Shown in pieces: positions 1 through 9,328 of a stretch of 64,000 bases of DNA (positions within the stretch are counted from its first letter, which is position 1; the number at the start of each line of letters is the position of its first letter). Where the stretch lies: positions 9,333-73,332 of the forward strand of contig DASXFW010000086.1 in the NCBI GenBank assembly GCA_036489395.1. Direction: 5' to 3'. The notes beneath the pieces are model-generated. The model saw only the letters and a list, made by a program, of their open reading frames with translations, was not told the DNA's origin and made no database searches. The translations under genes and the position numbers were made by a program. The stretch comes from Acetobacteraceae bacterium. Its GTDB lineage: Bacteria > Pseudomonadota > Alphaproteobacteria > Acetobacterales > Acetobacteraceae.

Positions 1-951
1 GTTGTTCGCGCGGTTCGCCTGGGAACGGAACGTCAGCGGATCGACGTGCAGCGGCCCGTTACCGAGGCCGCGTTCCAGCCGGTCTTCCTCGGACAGCGGC
101 CCATCCGGGCAATAGCCCCAGTTGAACACCATGGTCGTTTCATCGTCGATCGGCACCCAGCAATGCCCGGCGTCGAGCTGCAGGCCGCTTTCGGACTTCG
201 ACGGCCGGATCTGATGGAATGGCAGGATGAACTGGTAGGTGCGGATGTGTTGTTCGCTGTCGCCGAGCGGGCGGATGCCGGCGTACTGGTAGCCGTAGTC
301 GGTGATATCCACGACGAGCTTCGGCGCCTTGCCGCGCACGAACGGGCTGGATGGCTTGAAGCCGCCGCGCGTCGAGGTTTCCGAGATCAGCCGGTGCATG
401 ATCGGCGCGTGCGACGTGTCGATGCCGCCTTCCAGGCCCTGCAGCCAGTTGCAGTCCTGGATCACTTTGGTCACGTGGCGGTGCGACGCGGGCGCCTGGG
501 TCCAGGCGAATTTCGGCAGCGGCGGCATGTGTTCCACCGGGCCGAGATACGCCCAGATGATGCCGCCCATCTCGCAGGTCGGGTACGCGGTCAGGCGGAC
601 CTTGTGCTTGAAGTCGTTCTCTTCCGGCTCGTTCATCATATCGATGCAGGCGCCGGACACGTCGAACTTCCAGCCGTGATAGACGCAGCGCAGGCCGCAT
701 TCCTCGTTGCGTCCGAAATAGAGCGACGCGCGGCGGTGCGGGCAGAGCTCGTCGATCAGGCCGATGCGGCCTGCGGAATCGCGGAACGCGAGCAGGTCCT
801 CGCCGAGCAGGCGGACGCGGGCGGGCGGGCCGTCGGGCTCGGCGACCTCCCGCGACAGCAGCGCGGGCATCCAGTAGCGGCGCAGGGTATTGCCCATGGG
901 CGTTCCTGCGCTGACCCGGGTGACGAGTTCGTTGTCCTCGCGTGACAGCAT
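1..951 (-). CDS. Rieske [2Fe-2S] non-heme-iron oxygenase, large (alpha) subunit; 3' end runs off the window
   Basis: Absent from the ORF track because there is no stop inside the window. My own minus-strand translation from the ATG (complement of 949-951) reads MLSREDNELVTRVSAGTPMGNTLRRYWMPALLSREV...LCPHRRASLYFGRNEECGLRCVYHGWKFDVSG.... This carries the CxH...CxxH Rieske motif and stays open to position 1. The plus-strand ORF 46..945 is its antisense shadow. Confidence 0.85.
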   Translation of the reverse strand, partial: MLSREDNELVTRVSAGTPMGNTLRRYWMPALLSREVAEPDGPPARVRLLGEDLLAFRDSAGRIGLIDELCPHRRASLYFGRNEECGLRCVYHGWKFDVSGACIDMMNEPEENDFKHKVRLTAYPTCEMGGIIWAYLGPVEHMPPLPKFAWTQAPASHRHVTKVIQDCNWLQGLEGGIDTSHAPIMHRLISETSTRGGFKPSSPFVRGKAPKLVVDITDYGYQYAGIRPLGDSEQHIRTYQFILPFHQIRPSKSESGLQLDAGHCWVPIDDETTMVFNWGYCPDGPLSEEDRLERGLGNGPLHVDPLTFRSQANRANN

Positions 952-1195
952 GGCCGACTCCTCGTTATGGCGTTCGCACTGGTTCCCCGGGGCGGGCCCG
1001 GGTTTGGGCGCAGCCTAGAGCACATCGGGGGGCGGTGGGAACAGGCGAGCGCGCCTGGGCCCGCGGAGGCCCAGCCTTTGTCAAAGTGGCGACGGCATCT
1101 TTGGCCGGCGTGCCCGCGCCTGGAAACCGCGCCAAACCTCGCAGCCGCGTCGCGGAGCCCCTGCTGTAACGGCAATCTCCGGGATCGTTGCCGGA

Positions 1196-1852
1196 TCATG
1201 TCTGCATGCTGCCGCCCGAAAGGCTGGCGACCTTACGCTGCAAGCCCGCCACCAAGGCCGACGTGCCACCGTCGTTCAGCAAATGGCGGAAGTCGGAGCG
1301 CTGCACGGCGACCCGGCTGATCGAGCCGTCGGCCAGCACGTCCACCGCCTTCCAGCCGGACGCGGTGTTGCGCATCACGTAGTCCAGCTTGTGGATTGTG
1401 CCATCGCTTGCGATGATTTCGGTGGACACGACCGACTCGCCGTTACCAACATTTCGCAGCGCCGGTGCGATCTGGAACCTCTGGCCAGTATAATTATCGA
1501 AATTCGCCGCGTAGCTTGCCACCGTGTAGCGGCGGAAGGCGGCATGCAACCGGGCTTTCTGCTCGCTCGGAATTCCCGCCCAGGCCAGGCCGACGGACTC
1601 CACCAGGACCGCATTCAGGTCGAACGTCTGGTCGATCACTGGCTGCAACGACGCATAGCGTTGCGAGAACGCGGTGCCCCGGCCGGCTTTCATCGCGGCC
1701 AGCAATGCGGCGTCGAGGCGCTGAATCGGCACAGCAGCGGCGTCGGCGCCGCTATCGGCGCGCGCGGTGCGCCATGAGGCGGCGGCGACAGCAGCAGGGA
1801 TCGCGACACCCAGCAGGCCGCGGCGCCCAATCGTGATGACATTGTTCGCCAT
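1196..1852 (-). CDS. MlaC/Ttg2D-family periplasmic lipid-binding protein
   Basis: ORF 1196..1870 trimmed to the ATG at 1852 (MANNVITIGRRGLLGV...), which has GGAAGGAGAG 5 nt upstream. It has a Tat-like signal (RRGLLGVAIPAAVAAA). The mature part resembles toluene-tolerance Ttg2D/MlaC proteins (…FDLNAVLVESVGLAWAGIPSEQKARLHAAFRRYTVASYAANF…). Confidence 0.75.
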   Translation of the reverse strand: MANNVITIGRRGLLGVAIPAAVAAASWRTARADSGADAAAVPIQRLDAALLAAMKAGRGTAFSQRYASLQPVIDQTFDLNAVLVESVGLAWAGIPSEQKARLHAAFRRYTVASYAANFDNYTGQRFQIAPALRNVGNGESVVSTEIIASDGTIHKLDYVMRNTASGWKAVDVLADGSISRVAVQRSDFRHLLNDGGTSALVAGLQRKVASLSGGSMQT

Positions 1853-1876
1853 GGTTGCTCTCCTTCCCATTCGTTC

Positions 1877-2347
1877 TCACGCGAGACCGCATGCCGCGGT
1901 CAGATGTCCGGTGAACCGGTGCCATGTTTGCGTGGCGCCGAGTGCCGGGATGCCGATGAACCCGCGCAGTCGCAGATTGCCTCGCGCATCCAGCCAGAGC
2001 TTCGCCTGGTAAACGCCGCCGTCGCGCGGATCGATCACATGGCCCAGCCAGGTTCCATCCGGCTGCGGCCGTTCGTTGGTTATGATGGTCAGGCCGCATT
2101 GCGGCCGCCCGTCCACATCCGTGGGCATCGGCTCCCTCGGGTTGCGCGCAATGCCGACGATGCGGCCACACAATGCGTCACCGCACCGATCGATCGCGAT
2201 TACGCCGTGGCCGTTCGCCGTGGACCAGGTGCCGAGCGGGCTGTCCTCCGGCGCCGCTGACGCGCACGAGCCGGCCAGCACGAGGGCAAGGGCGACAGCA
2301 AACCGGAACACAACATGCCTGCCGGCAATCGCTGCGAACCGAAACAA
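1877..2347 (-). CDS. DUF2147 domain protein (secreted)
   Basis: This is the C-terminal 156 codons of ORF 1877..2737. A signal-like segment FRFAVALALVLAGSCASAA is followed by GTWSTANGHGVIAIDRCGDALCGRIVG...DGGVYQAKLWLDARGNLRLRGFIG, the pattern I associate with DUF2147. The start is set at the TTG at 2347 and is uncertain. The 130-aa N-terminal extension in the track looks non-coding. Confidence 0.7.
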   Translation of the reverse strand: MFRFAAIAGRHVVFRFAVALALVLAGSCASAAPEDSPLGTWSTANGHGVIAIDRCGDALCGRIVGIARNPREPMPTDVDGRPQCGLTIITNERPQPDGTWLGHVIDPRDGGVYQAKLWLDARGNLRLRGFIGIPALGATQTWHRFTGHLTAACGLA

Positions 2348-2986
2348 TCGAGAGTGCAACGGGGTTATTGCGGTCCGTCGAGCCGCTTGTGATCCGGCCG
2401 AGCGGGGTAAACCGCTCCCTCGGAAAGTAACGCGCTGGCAGACGTGAGGGTTGCCATATTTGAAGAGAAGAATTGTGGCCAGGGCGACGCGGAGCATTGC
2501 ACGCAGCACGACGAGCGCTTCGGCATAATCCCCGACAACCGCTCGTTGTGTGAGCGTTTGACCGGGCAAGCCGATGGCCGGACTCCGCGCCGCTGTCGCC
2601 TCGTTCAAGCGACAGACGAGCAGGGAACCGACTCCAGATTGCACCATATTGCGCACGGTCAGGCTCCTGTACATCGCAGTCTTCCATCGGCGGGAGGGTT
2701 GGCGGCCTGCCTCACGCAACCGCAGACTGGTTGGCACATGTATTCACATCGGTGCGGCAGATAATTGGCGTGTGGCGCGCATCACCTGTGCGGATTTCGG
2801 AAGATTGGCAGGCTTGACCAGGGAACTCGCCGCGTCGTGGGTGCGGACGGGACGATGCGAGCGGGGCGGCGGAGGCGTCGATCAATCGTGCGTAAATCGC
2901 ACAAGGGCTGACAGGAAAATCCGTATTATTTTCCGAGCCTGACAAGCGCAACTCATGGCGAAGCGAAGGATTCGCAAAAGCCAGAT

Positions 2987-3424
2987 TTGTGCGAGGGACT
3001 CGAGATGGCAAACCTGCTGTTTGCGCCGTGCGCCCGGCAAGACGCCGATGATAGAACGGGATGGGAGGAGCGCGGAAAGCGGCACCCGCCCGCTGCGTCG
3101 CACGACCCGACCAGAAGCGACCATCGATCGGAGGGCCGACGGGACCCGGGTCGCAGCGAATGGATTCCGGCAGGGTCCGGGCGACGGGAGTGGCACGAGG
3201 CTTGTCGGCAACAGGCGCCGTCTGCCGCAGCCGATCCGATCCTTGTCACCCTGTTGGCTGGCCTGGTGGCGGAGATGGCTGTGCCGTGGGCCATTATCTG
3301 GCTCTCGGACGCGCTGGTTTTCGACGTGCCGGCGTGGTCGCTGTGGCTGATATTCGGCGTACCCGCGGCGCTCGCATTTCTGGCCGTGCTGATTGAATGG
3401 ACGGTGCAGGCGTGGTTGCGGTAG
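2987..3424 (+). CDS. Possible small membrane protein (only the hydrophobic C-terminal ~70 aa look coding)
   Basis: ORF 2987..3424 ends in DPILVTLLAGLVAEMAVPWAIIWLSDALVFDVPAWSLWLIFGVPAALAFLAVLIEWTVQAWLR, which gives 2-3 predicted TM helices with fairly high GC3. The N-terminal part is Arg/Gly-rich noise and I could not define a start or an SD. Confidence 0.25.
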   Translation: MCEGLEMANLLFAPCARQDADDRTGWEERGKRHPPAASHDPTRSDHRSEGRRDPGRSEWIPAGSGRREWHEACRQQAPSAAADPILVTLLAGLVAEMAVPWAIIWLSDALVFDVPAWSLWLIFGVPAALAFLAVLIEWTVQAWLR

Positions 3425-3554
3425 GCGGTGCGTGAGACGCCGCGGGCGCCGTGGTCAGTGCGAGTTGCCATCGGCCGGCGGCATCCGACGTGCCCTGCCG
3501 CCTGGAATAATATCAGGTGCCGAAATGGCTGACTCTTCGGCCCATGCCGCCACC

Positions 3555-3638
3555 GTCAATGCCGACGCAGGTCGGCATCCACGCCTTTGCGGCATGCAGC
3601 AACCGTAAGTCGTGGATGCCGATCTGCGTCGGCATGAC
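3555..3638. repeat. RepF palindrome (terminator-like, about 45 nt downstream of the emrB stop)
   Basis: Left arm gtcaatgccgacgcaggtcggcatccacg (3555-3583) faces right arm cgtggatgccgatctgcgtcggcatgac (3611-3638). Each arm is itself a small hairpin (gccgac..gtcggc). Confidence 0.8.
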
Positions 3639-3682
3639 GATGGGGGCGTCGGCGCGTGCGTCATTCTTTGCGCCACCTGGTA

Positions 3683-5251
3683 TCAGTGCGCGCCCCCGGC
3701 CGCTGCGTCGCCCTTCCGGAGCAAAGCAACCGCCAGCGTCGCGCAAAGCAGGACAGTGCCAAGCAGGCCGAAGCAGTCAGCGTAGCCCATCAGAGTCGCC
3801 TGGGCGCGGATGGCGCCACCCAAGGCAATCACCGCGCGATGCAGGGCACCCGCCGGATCCGCGACGCCATGCGCCATGAAATATGCTTGCAGCGATGCCA
3901 GGCGGCTCTGCGTCGCCGGCTGCAACAACGACACATGCGAGTTGATCACAAACGAATGATATTGCTCTCGCTTGGTGAAGAACGTTTCGATCGACGCGGT
4001 GCCGATCGCACCACCCAGGTTGCGCAGCATGTTGAACAAGCCCGACGCGCCACCGGCCTCGTCCGGCGTGATCCCTACCATCGCGATGGCGGACAGCGGT
4101 GTCATCACCAGCGCCTGGCCAAGCGCCCTGGTCACGTCCGGCACGAAAAGCTGGGGCGCGGCATAGTCCGGATCGATATACAGGTTCATGAAGCAGCTTG
4201 TCGCGAACACCAACAGGCCGATGCCGACCAGCACACGTGAATCGAACCACTTCATCAGCAGCGGCACCAAGGGGATCACCAGAAGCTGCGGATAGCCGGT
4301 CCACGCCATGACCTCGCCGCTCTGTTTGGCATCGAATCCCTGCGCCACCTCCAGATACTGCGGCAGCAGGTACGCCGAGCCATACAGCGCGAAGCCCAGC
4401 AGGAAATTGCCCAGCGTCCCGAAGCCAAAATTACGTCGCGCAAACAACCGCAGCCGGACCAGCGGCTGCTCGCGCACCAGCTCGACAACGATGAAGGCGC
4501 CCAGCGCCACCGCAGCGACCAGGCTCAGCTTGACAATGAACGGCGAGCCGAACCAGTCATACACGTTGCCGTCGTCTAGCACGGTCTGCAACGCGGCCAG
4601 CCCCACCGCCATCAGCGCGATGCCAATCCAGTCGCCCTGCCGCAGCAGCGCGTACTGCGCCTTCGAGCGCGGCAAACCGTAGATCAGCGCCGACAGCATG
4701 ACCGCGCCCGGCACCAGGTTCATGTAGAAGATCGTTGACCAGCCGTAATTGTCGGTCAGCCAGCCGCCGATCGTCGGGCCGATCGCCGGCGCGAAGGTCG
4801 CCGTGACGGCGAACCCGGCAAATCCGGCCGTGCGCTTCGACGGCGGCAGCATCGCAACGATGATGGTGAACGCGAGCGGGATCAGCACCCCGCCAAAGAA
4901 CCCCTGCAAACCACGCAGCACGATCATTTCCGGCAGGCTGCTCGCTTGGCCGCACAGCGCCGAAAACACCAGGAACAAGACCGTATTCGCGATCAGGTAG
5001 CGTCGCAGCGAGAACACCCGGCTCATGAAGTCGGTCATCGGGATCACGATGATCTCGCCGATCAGATAGGCGGTGCTGATCCACGCGCCGTTGACGCCGC
5101 CCGTACCGATACCGCCCTCGATGTTGGGCAACGAGGAGTTGGTGACCTGGATGTTCAGCACCGCCATGAAGGCGCCGATCAGCGCGCCGCCCACGGCAAT
5201 CCATGTCCTCAGCGGAACCGTATCGCGATCCGCGGCTGCGATTGTTGCCAT
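3683..5251 (-). CDS. emrB: MFS drug:H+ antiporter, DHA2 (EmrB/QacA) family, 14-TMS type
   Basis: 522-aa ORF with family-typical N-terminus ...WIAVGGALIGAFMAVLNIQVTNSSLPNIEGGIG...AWISTAYLIGEIIVIPMTDF and many TM segments. It lies directly downstream of a HlyD-type adaptor gene. Confidence 0.9.
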   Translation of the reverse strand: MATIAAADRDTVPLRTWIAVGGALIGAFMAVLNIQVTNSSLPNIEGGIGTGGVNGAWISTAYLIGEIIVIPMTDFMSRVFSLRRYLIANTVLFLVFSALCGQASSLPEMIVLRGLQGFFGGVLIPLAFTIIVAMLPPSKRTAGFAGFAVTATFAPAIGPTIGGWLTDNYGWSTIFYMNLVPGAVMLSALIYGLPRSKAQYALLRQGDWIGIALMAVGLAALQTVLDDGNVYDWFGSPFIVKLSLVAAVALGAFIVVELVREQPLVRLRLFARRNFGFGTLGNFLLGFALYGSAYLLPQYLEVAQGFDAKQSGEVMAWTGYPQLLVIPLVPLLMKWFDSRVLVGIGLLVFATSCFMNLYIDPDYAAPQLFVPDVTRALGQALVMTPLSAIAMVGITPDEAGGASGLFNMLRNLGGAIGTASIETFFTKREQYHSFVINSHVSLLQPATQSRLASLQAYFMAHGVADPAGALHRAVIALGGAIRAQATLMGYADCFGLLGTVLLCATLAVALLRKGDAAAGGAH

Positions 5252-5257
5252 GGCCCG

Positions 5258-6388
5258 TTATCCCTGCTGGCCGCGCGTATCGATCGTCGGCTCGACCGAC
5301 ATGCCGGGACGCAACACTCCGATCAGCTTGTCGCCTGGGTCGATCGTGATCTTCACCGGGATGCGCTGCACGATCTTGGTGAAGTTGCCGGTGGCATTGT
5401 CAGGCGGCAGCAGCGCGAACTCCTGCCCGCTCGCTGGCGCGACGCTGTTCACCACGCCATGCACCGTGACGCCGGGGAAGGTGTCCACATCCAGCGTCAC
5501 CGGCTGACCGGCGCGCACGTCGGTAAGCTGCGTCTCCTTGTAGTTGGCCGTGACATACACCGCCCGCAGCGGCACCACCGCCATCAACTGCGTGCCGGCC
5601 TGCACGTATTGCCCGACGCGCAAGGCACGCGCGCCGACCGTGCCGTCGATCGGCGCGGTGACCGAGGTGTAGCTGACGTTCAGTTCAGCCTGGTGCAGCG
5701 CCGCCTGCTGCAATGCCAGCGTCGCCTGCGCCTTGCTAAGCTGCGCGATGAGCACGTCCACCTGCTTGTCCGCGGCGCCGACGGCCGCGGTATCGTGCTC
5801 CAGGATCGCCCGCTTCTCCTGGATGTCGGAGGCCGCCTTCTGTGCGCTCTGTATCGTGCCGGCGCCGCTCCGGGAGAGGGTCGTGTAGCGCTGATAGTCC
5901 TGGGTGGAGAATGTCAGTGCCGCCTGGTCCACCGCCACCGTGTCGCGTGCTTCGGTCACGGCAAGCCGCTGCTGGGAGATCTCCTGCCCGAGGTCGTCGA
6001 TAGCCGCCTGCGCCGCCTCCACGTTGGCCCGAGCAGCGGCCAGCGCCGTGCGGTAGTCGCGGTCGTCGATGCGGGCCAGCACCTGGCCGGCTTTCACCGG
6101 CTGGTTGTCGCCGACCAGCACCTGCGAAATATACCCCGCGACCTTCGGGCTGATCAGGACGTTGTCGGCCTGCAGGTACGCATCGTCGGTGGAGACCAGG
6201 AAACGCCCGGTGTTCCAGTAGTAATGGCCATACGCCCCGGCGAGCGTCAGCGCGGCGACCGCTCCGGCCGCCAGCAGCACCGAGCGGAGGCTCAGCCGGT
6301 GGCGGCGCGTATAGGTGTCCGCAACGTTGATATCGCGTTCGGACACCCGGATCTGTTCGTCGTCGAACGTCGTGATGTTCTGGTCCAT
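5258..6388 (-). CDS. emrA: HlyD-family membrane fusion protein (EmrA-like)
   Basis: ORF 5258..6439 trimmed to MDQNITTFDD... at 6388, with GGGAGG upstream. It has one N-terminal TM, a long coiled-coil (…AAARANVEAAQAAIDDLGQEISQQRLAVTEA…) and a C-terminal beta-barrel motif (…VYVTANYKETQLTDVRAGQPVTLDVD…). There is a 6-nt gap to emrB. Confidence 0.9.
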   Translation of the reverse strand: MDQNITTFDDEQIRVSERDINVADTYTRRHRLSLRSVLLAAGAVAALTLAGAYGHYYWNTGRFLVSTDDAYLQADNVLISPKVAGYISQVLVGDNQPVKAGQVLARIDDRDYRTALAAARANVEAAQAAIDDLGQEISQQRLAVTEARDTVAVDQAALTFSTQDYQRYTTLSRSGAGTIQSAQKAASDIQEKRAILEHDTAAVGAADKQVDVLIAQLSKAQATLALQQAALHQAELNVSYTSVTAPIDGTVGARALRVGQYVQAGTQLMAVVPLRAVYVTANYKETQLTDVRAGQPVTLDVDTFPGVTVHGVVNSVAPASGQEFALLPPDNATGNFTKIVQRIPVKITIDPGDKLIGVLRPGMSVEPTIDTRGQQG

Positions 6389-6723
6389 CGGAACCCTCCC
6401 GGCGGCGGTGCGCCTTGCGAAACCGGGAAGGGCCGGCACGGGGCCAGCCCTTCCGTGTCTGGTACCGATTGCGTGGGCCGGTGCATGTTGCCGGCGTGCC
6501 GCTTCGGCTGGTTGTTCCCGGTTGCTTCGACGGTGTGCTCCGCCTGCCTTGGCTTCCGACGGTCTGGTAGATGGACCTGCGGGAATTGGACGATAATCCG
6601 GTGAAGCGGCACAGGGTCTGTGCCCGGATTAGACAGATCACGACACGCGATGGGTTCGCAGTGACCGCCTGAATTCACAGAGGTTTTTCAGCGATTGCCC
6701 GGAGTGCAGCGGCAAGAAACAAC

Positions 6724-6898
6724 GTCCCCCCTCCCCTTGAGGGAGGGGTTGGGGGAGGGGTGCGTACATCCACTGACCGCGGATGTAAGCACCCCTCCCC
6801 CAACCCCTCCCTCAAGGGGAGGGGAGACCTACGCTCCGGCCGCGACCGTTTCATCCAGGGCGGGTCGGCCCGACGCCGGTGGCAACTTGCAATGACAG
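6724..6898. repeat. Composite repeat: RepC palindrome (6724-6828) plus RepB in reverse orientation (6844-6898)
   Basis: The RepC part is gtcccccctccccttgagggaggggttgggggaggggtgc..gcacccctcccccaacccctccctcaaggggaggggagac. It is followed by gaccgtttcatccagggcgggtcggcc..ggtggcaacttgcaatgacag. The same composite occurs in inverted orientation at 14589-14753. Confidence 0.9.
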
Positions 6899-6945
6899 CG
6901 GTCCGGGCGCGCGGCCGAAGCGTCAGCCGTCTCGCCCCCGATGTG

Positions 6946-7932
6946 CTAATCCACCGTGCAGCTTTCGAACCCACGCCGGAGCTGCGGACGGTTCAGATTA
7001 CGGCCGATGAACACCAGGCGGCTGGAGCGTTTCTCTCCCTCCTTCCACGGGCCAATGAAATCGCCGTCGGCGATCATGTGTACGGCCTGGAAGGCGAAGC
7101 GGCGGTTCTCTTTCGCGTAGTTCAGGATGCCCTTGGTGCGCAGCAGATCCGGGCCCTTGTCCTGCAGCAGCAGGCCGATCCAGGCATTGAACTTCTCCGG
7201 GTCGATCGGCTTGTCCACTTCGAAGCTGACCGAGGTCACGTCTTCGTTGTGCTCGTGCTCGTCCTCGCCGTTCAGGAAGTCCGGCGCCATCTCCAGGATC
7301 CGCCGCAGGTCGAATGCCTGCCGGCCCAGCACCTGATCGATCGGCAGCGCCGCGCGTTGCGTCCGGTGGATGACGGCAAAGCGGTTGATCGAGCGGATTG
7401 TGCGCTCGACTTCGTCCAGTTCCTCCGGCGTGACGAGGTCGGTCTTGTTCAGCACGATGACGTCGGCGAAGGCGATCTGGTCCTCCGCCTCGTGGCTGTC
7501 CTCCAGCCGCGCGGGCAGGTGCTTCGCATCGACCACGGTGACGATCGCGTCCAGCCGGGTCTTGGCCTTCACGCCCTCATCGATGAAGAACGTCTGCGCC
7601 ACGGGGGCGGGGTTCGCCAGGCCGGTGGTCTCGATGATGATGCCGTCAAACTTGTCGCGCCGTTTCATCAGGCCGCCGACGATGCGGATCAGGTCGCCGC
7701 GCACGGTGCAGCAGATGCAGCCGTTGTTCATCTCGAACACTTCCTCGTCGCTGTCCACGACGAGGTCGTTGTCCACCCCGAGCTCACCGAACTCGTTGAT
7801 CACCACGGCATACTTGCGGCCGTGTTGCTCGGTCAGGATGCGGTTCAGCAGCGTCGTCTTGCCGGCGCCGAGGTAGCCGGTCAGCACCGTCACCGGCACC
7901 AGCCCCACCGTGTCCATGTCTGTGTCTGGCAT
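6946..7932 (-). CDS. COG0523-family G3E GTPase (CobW/YjiA/ZigA-like metallochaperone)
   Basis: Walker A motif LTGYLGAGKTTLLN, the CxCC metal motif NGCICCTVRGD, and a CobW_C-like tail. Confidence 0.9.
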   Translation of the reverse strand: MPDTDMDTVGLVPVTVLTGYLGAGKTTLLNRILTEQHGRKYAVVINEFGELGVDNDLVVDSDEEVFEMNNGCICCTVRGDLIRIVGGLMKRRDKFDGIIIETTGLANPAPVAQTFFIDEGVKAKTRLDAIVTVVDAKHLPARLEDSHEAEDQIAFADVIVLNKTDLVTPEELDEVERTIRSINRFAVIHRTQRAALPIDQVLGRQAFDLRRILEMAPDFLNGEDEHEHNEDVTSVSFEVDKPIDPEKFNAWIGLLLQDKGPDLLRTKGILNYAKENRRFAFQAVHMIADGDFIGPWKEGEKRSSRLVFIGRNLNRPQLRRGFESCTVD

Positions 7933-8094
7933 CTGCCGTCACTCCACGTTCTTGTGCATTGAGGCGGAATATAGGGGCGCGGGGCCCGATCAGCCACCGG
8001 GGCGGCGAAGGAAGGCCGGTACTTCGCCCCGGACCCCGCCAAGAGGCAGCTCCGCCCTTGGTAGGTTTCAGAGCGGAGCCCTGACCTTGCCTTG

Positions 8095-9207
8095 CTACTC
8101 CGCCGGCCCGGACAGCACCTCGCGCCGCAGGTTGGCCAGGCGGGCGGCGATGAGCGGTGCATCGAATGCCTGCGCGCGGGCGCGGCCGGCTTCCGCCATT
8201 GCCGCGCGGCGTGCCGGATCGCCGACCAGCGAGCGGATCGCCGCCGCCACCGCCGCCGGATCGTCCGGATCGACATAGACCGCGGCGTCGCCGGCCACTT
8301 CGCGCAGCCCACCGCGGGGGGAGCAAACCAGCGCAGCCCCGCTCGCCATCGCCTCCAGGGCGACCAGGCCGAACGGCTCCTGCCAGCGGCTGGGCACCAC
8401 GACGATCGCCGCGCGTGCCATTGCGTCCAGCACGAAGGCGCGGTCGCGATAGCCGATGGCGCGCACGCCGGAGCCCTCCGTGGCGACGCGGACGATGCGG
8501 GTGAACTCGGTGTCCGGGCTGTTCACGCGGAAGCGGTCCGCGCCGATCATCTCCGCGCGCCAGCCGGGAAGGTGCGGCATGGCCTGGAGGCAGGCGGCGA
8601 CGAATACGTCGGGGCCCTTTTCCGGAACAACGCGGCCGGCATAGAGGATAAGGCGTTCACGCGGCTGTGGAGCGGGCAGGGCCGCGAGGTCGATCGCGTT
8701 CGGCAGCACGACGGGGGAGCGCGCCGGGCCGGGGACGCCATCGAGCAGACGGCGACGGAGATATTCGGACACGACGACGACGCGGGTGAGCCGTTGGAGC
8801 ATGCGCGCGCGTCCCCCCGCGGTGGTGGCCTGGCGCATGCCTTGCGGGTCGTTATGCAGAAACAACAGAATATGGGCGTGTGGCAGGCGGCGGGCGAGCC
8901 AGAGGGCGAGCTCGGGGCGGTTATGCACCTCAATCAGCGCCGGTTTGGCGCGCCACAGCGTCCACAGCAGCGCGGCGCCGTAGCGGATGTTGACGTTGCC
9001 CGGGAACCAGAAGGCGGGATGGACGGGGTGGAACGGCACGCCCGGGAAGGTAGGGGCGTTCTGCGGCCCGCCGATGACCAGCGGGCGGAAGCCGGGGGCG
9101 CGGACCAGGAGCTGGACCATGCTGCCGACCGCTCCGGCAAAGCCGGATGCGAACCCTTCGTTCGGCGGCAGGATCGTCGCAACGAGGGGCGCGGGAGGGG
9201 ATGGCAT
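8095..9207 (-). CDS. Glycosyltransferase, GT-B fold, family 4 (GT1-type)
   Basis: ORF 8095..9324 trimmed to MPSPPAPLVATILPP... at 9207. The C-terminal domain carries VVPSRWQEPFGLVALEAMASGAALVCSPRGGLREV, an EX7E-type motif. Confidence 0.85.
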   Translation of the reverse strand: MPSPPAPLVATILPPNEGFASGFAGAVGSMVQLLVRAPGFRPLVIGGPQNAPTFPGVPFHPVHPAFWFPGNVNIRYGAALLWTLWRAKPALIEVHNRPELALWLARRLPHAHILLFLHNDPQGMRQATTAGGRARMLQRLTRVVVVSEYLRRRLLDGVPGPARSPVVLPNAIDLAALPAPQPRERLILYAGRVVPEKGPDVFVAACLQAMPHLPGWRAEMIGADRFRVNSPDTEFTRIVRVATEGSGVRAIGYRDRAFVLDAMARAAIVVVPSRWQEPFGLVALEAMASGAALVCSPRGGLREVAGDAAVYVDPDDPAAVAAAIRSLVGDPARRAAMAEAGRARAQAFDAPLIAARLANLRREVLSGPAE

Positions 9208-9328
9208 CGAGGGTGCGCTATAGCCGGCGCGGGCGTGTGCGGCCAATGCCGGGGGGCCATCAAGTATCAGCTTGATGAATGAATGATTTCCAGCGGACGC
9301 CCGGAGCCGTGTCATTGCGGGCACCGTC

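Noticed and set aside
46-945. 299-aa plus-strand ORF at the left edge
   Set aside because: It is the antisense shadow of the edge-truncated Rieske oxygenase gene on the minus strand. The Rieske gene has a clear CxH...CxxH motif. The plus-strand product is Arg/Ala/Val-rich with no motif.
1877-2737. Full 286-aa version of the DUF2147 ORF
   Set aside because: The N-terminal 130 aa are R/S/A-rich and precede an obvious signal peptide. Only the last about 156 codons look genuine.
4946-6604. 552-aa plus-strand ORF
   Set aside because: It lies antisense to emrB and emrA and has no motifs.
6595-6630. Compound hairpin aatccgg..gcacag-ggt-ctgtgc-ccggatt upstream of emrA
   Set aside because: The stems are short and are about 210 nt from the start codon. 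There is no MarR/EmrR-type gene nearby to give it meaning. It is within chance expectation.
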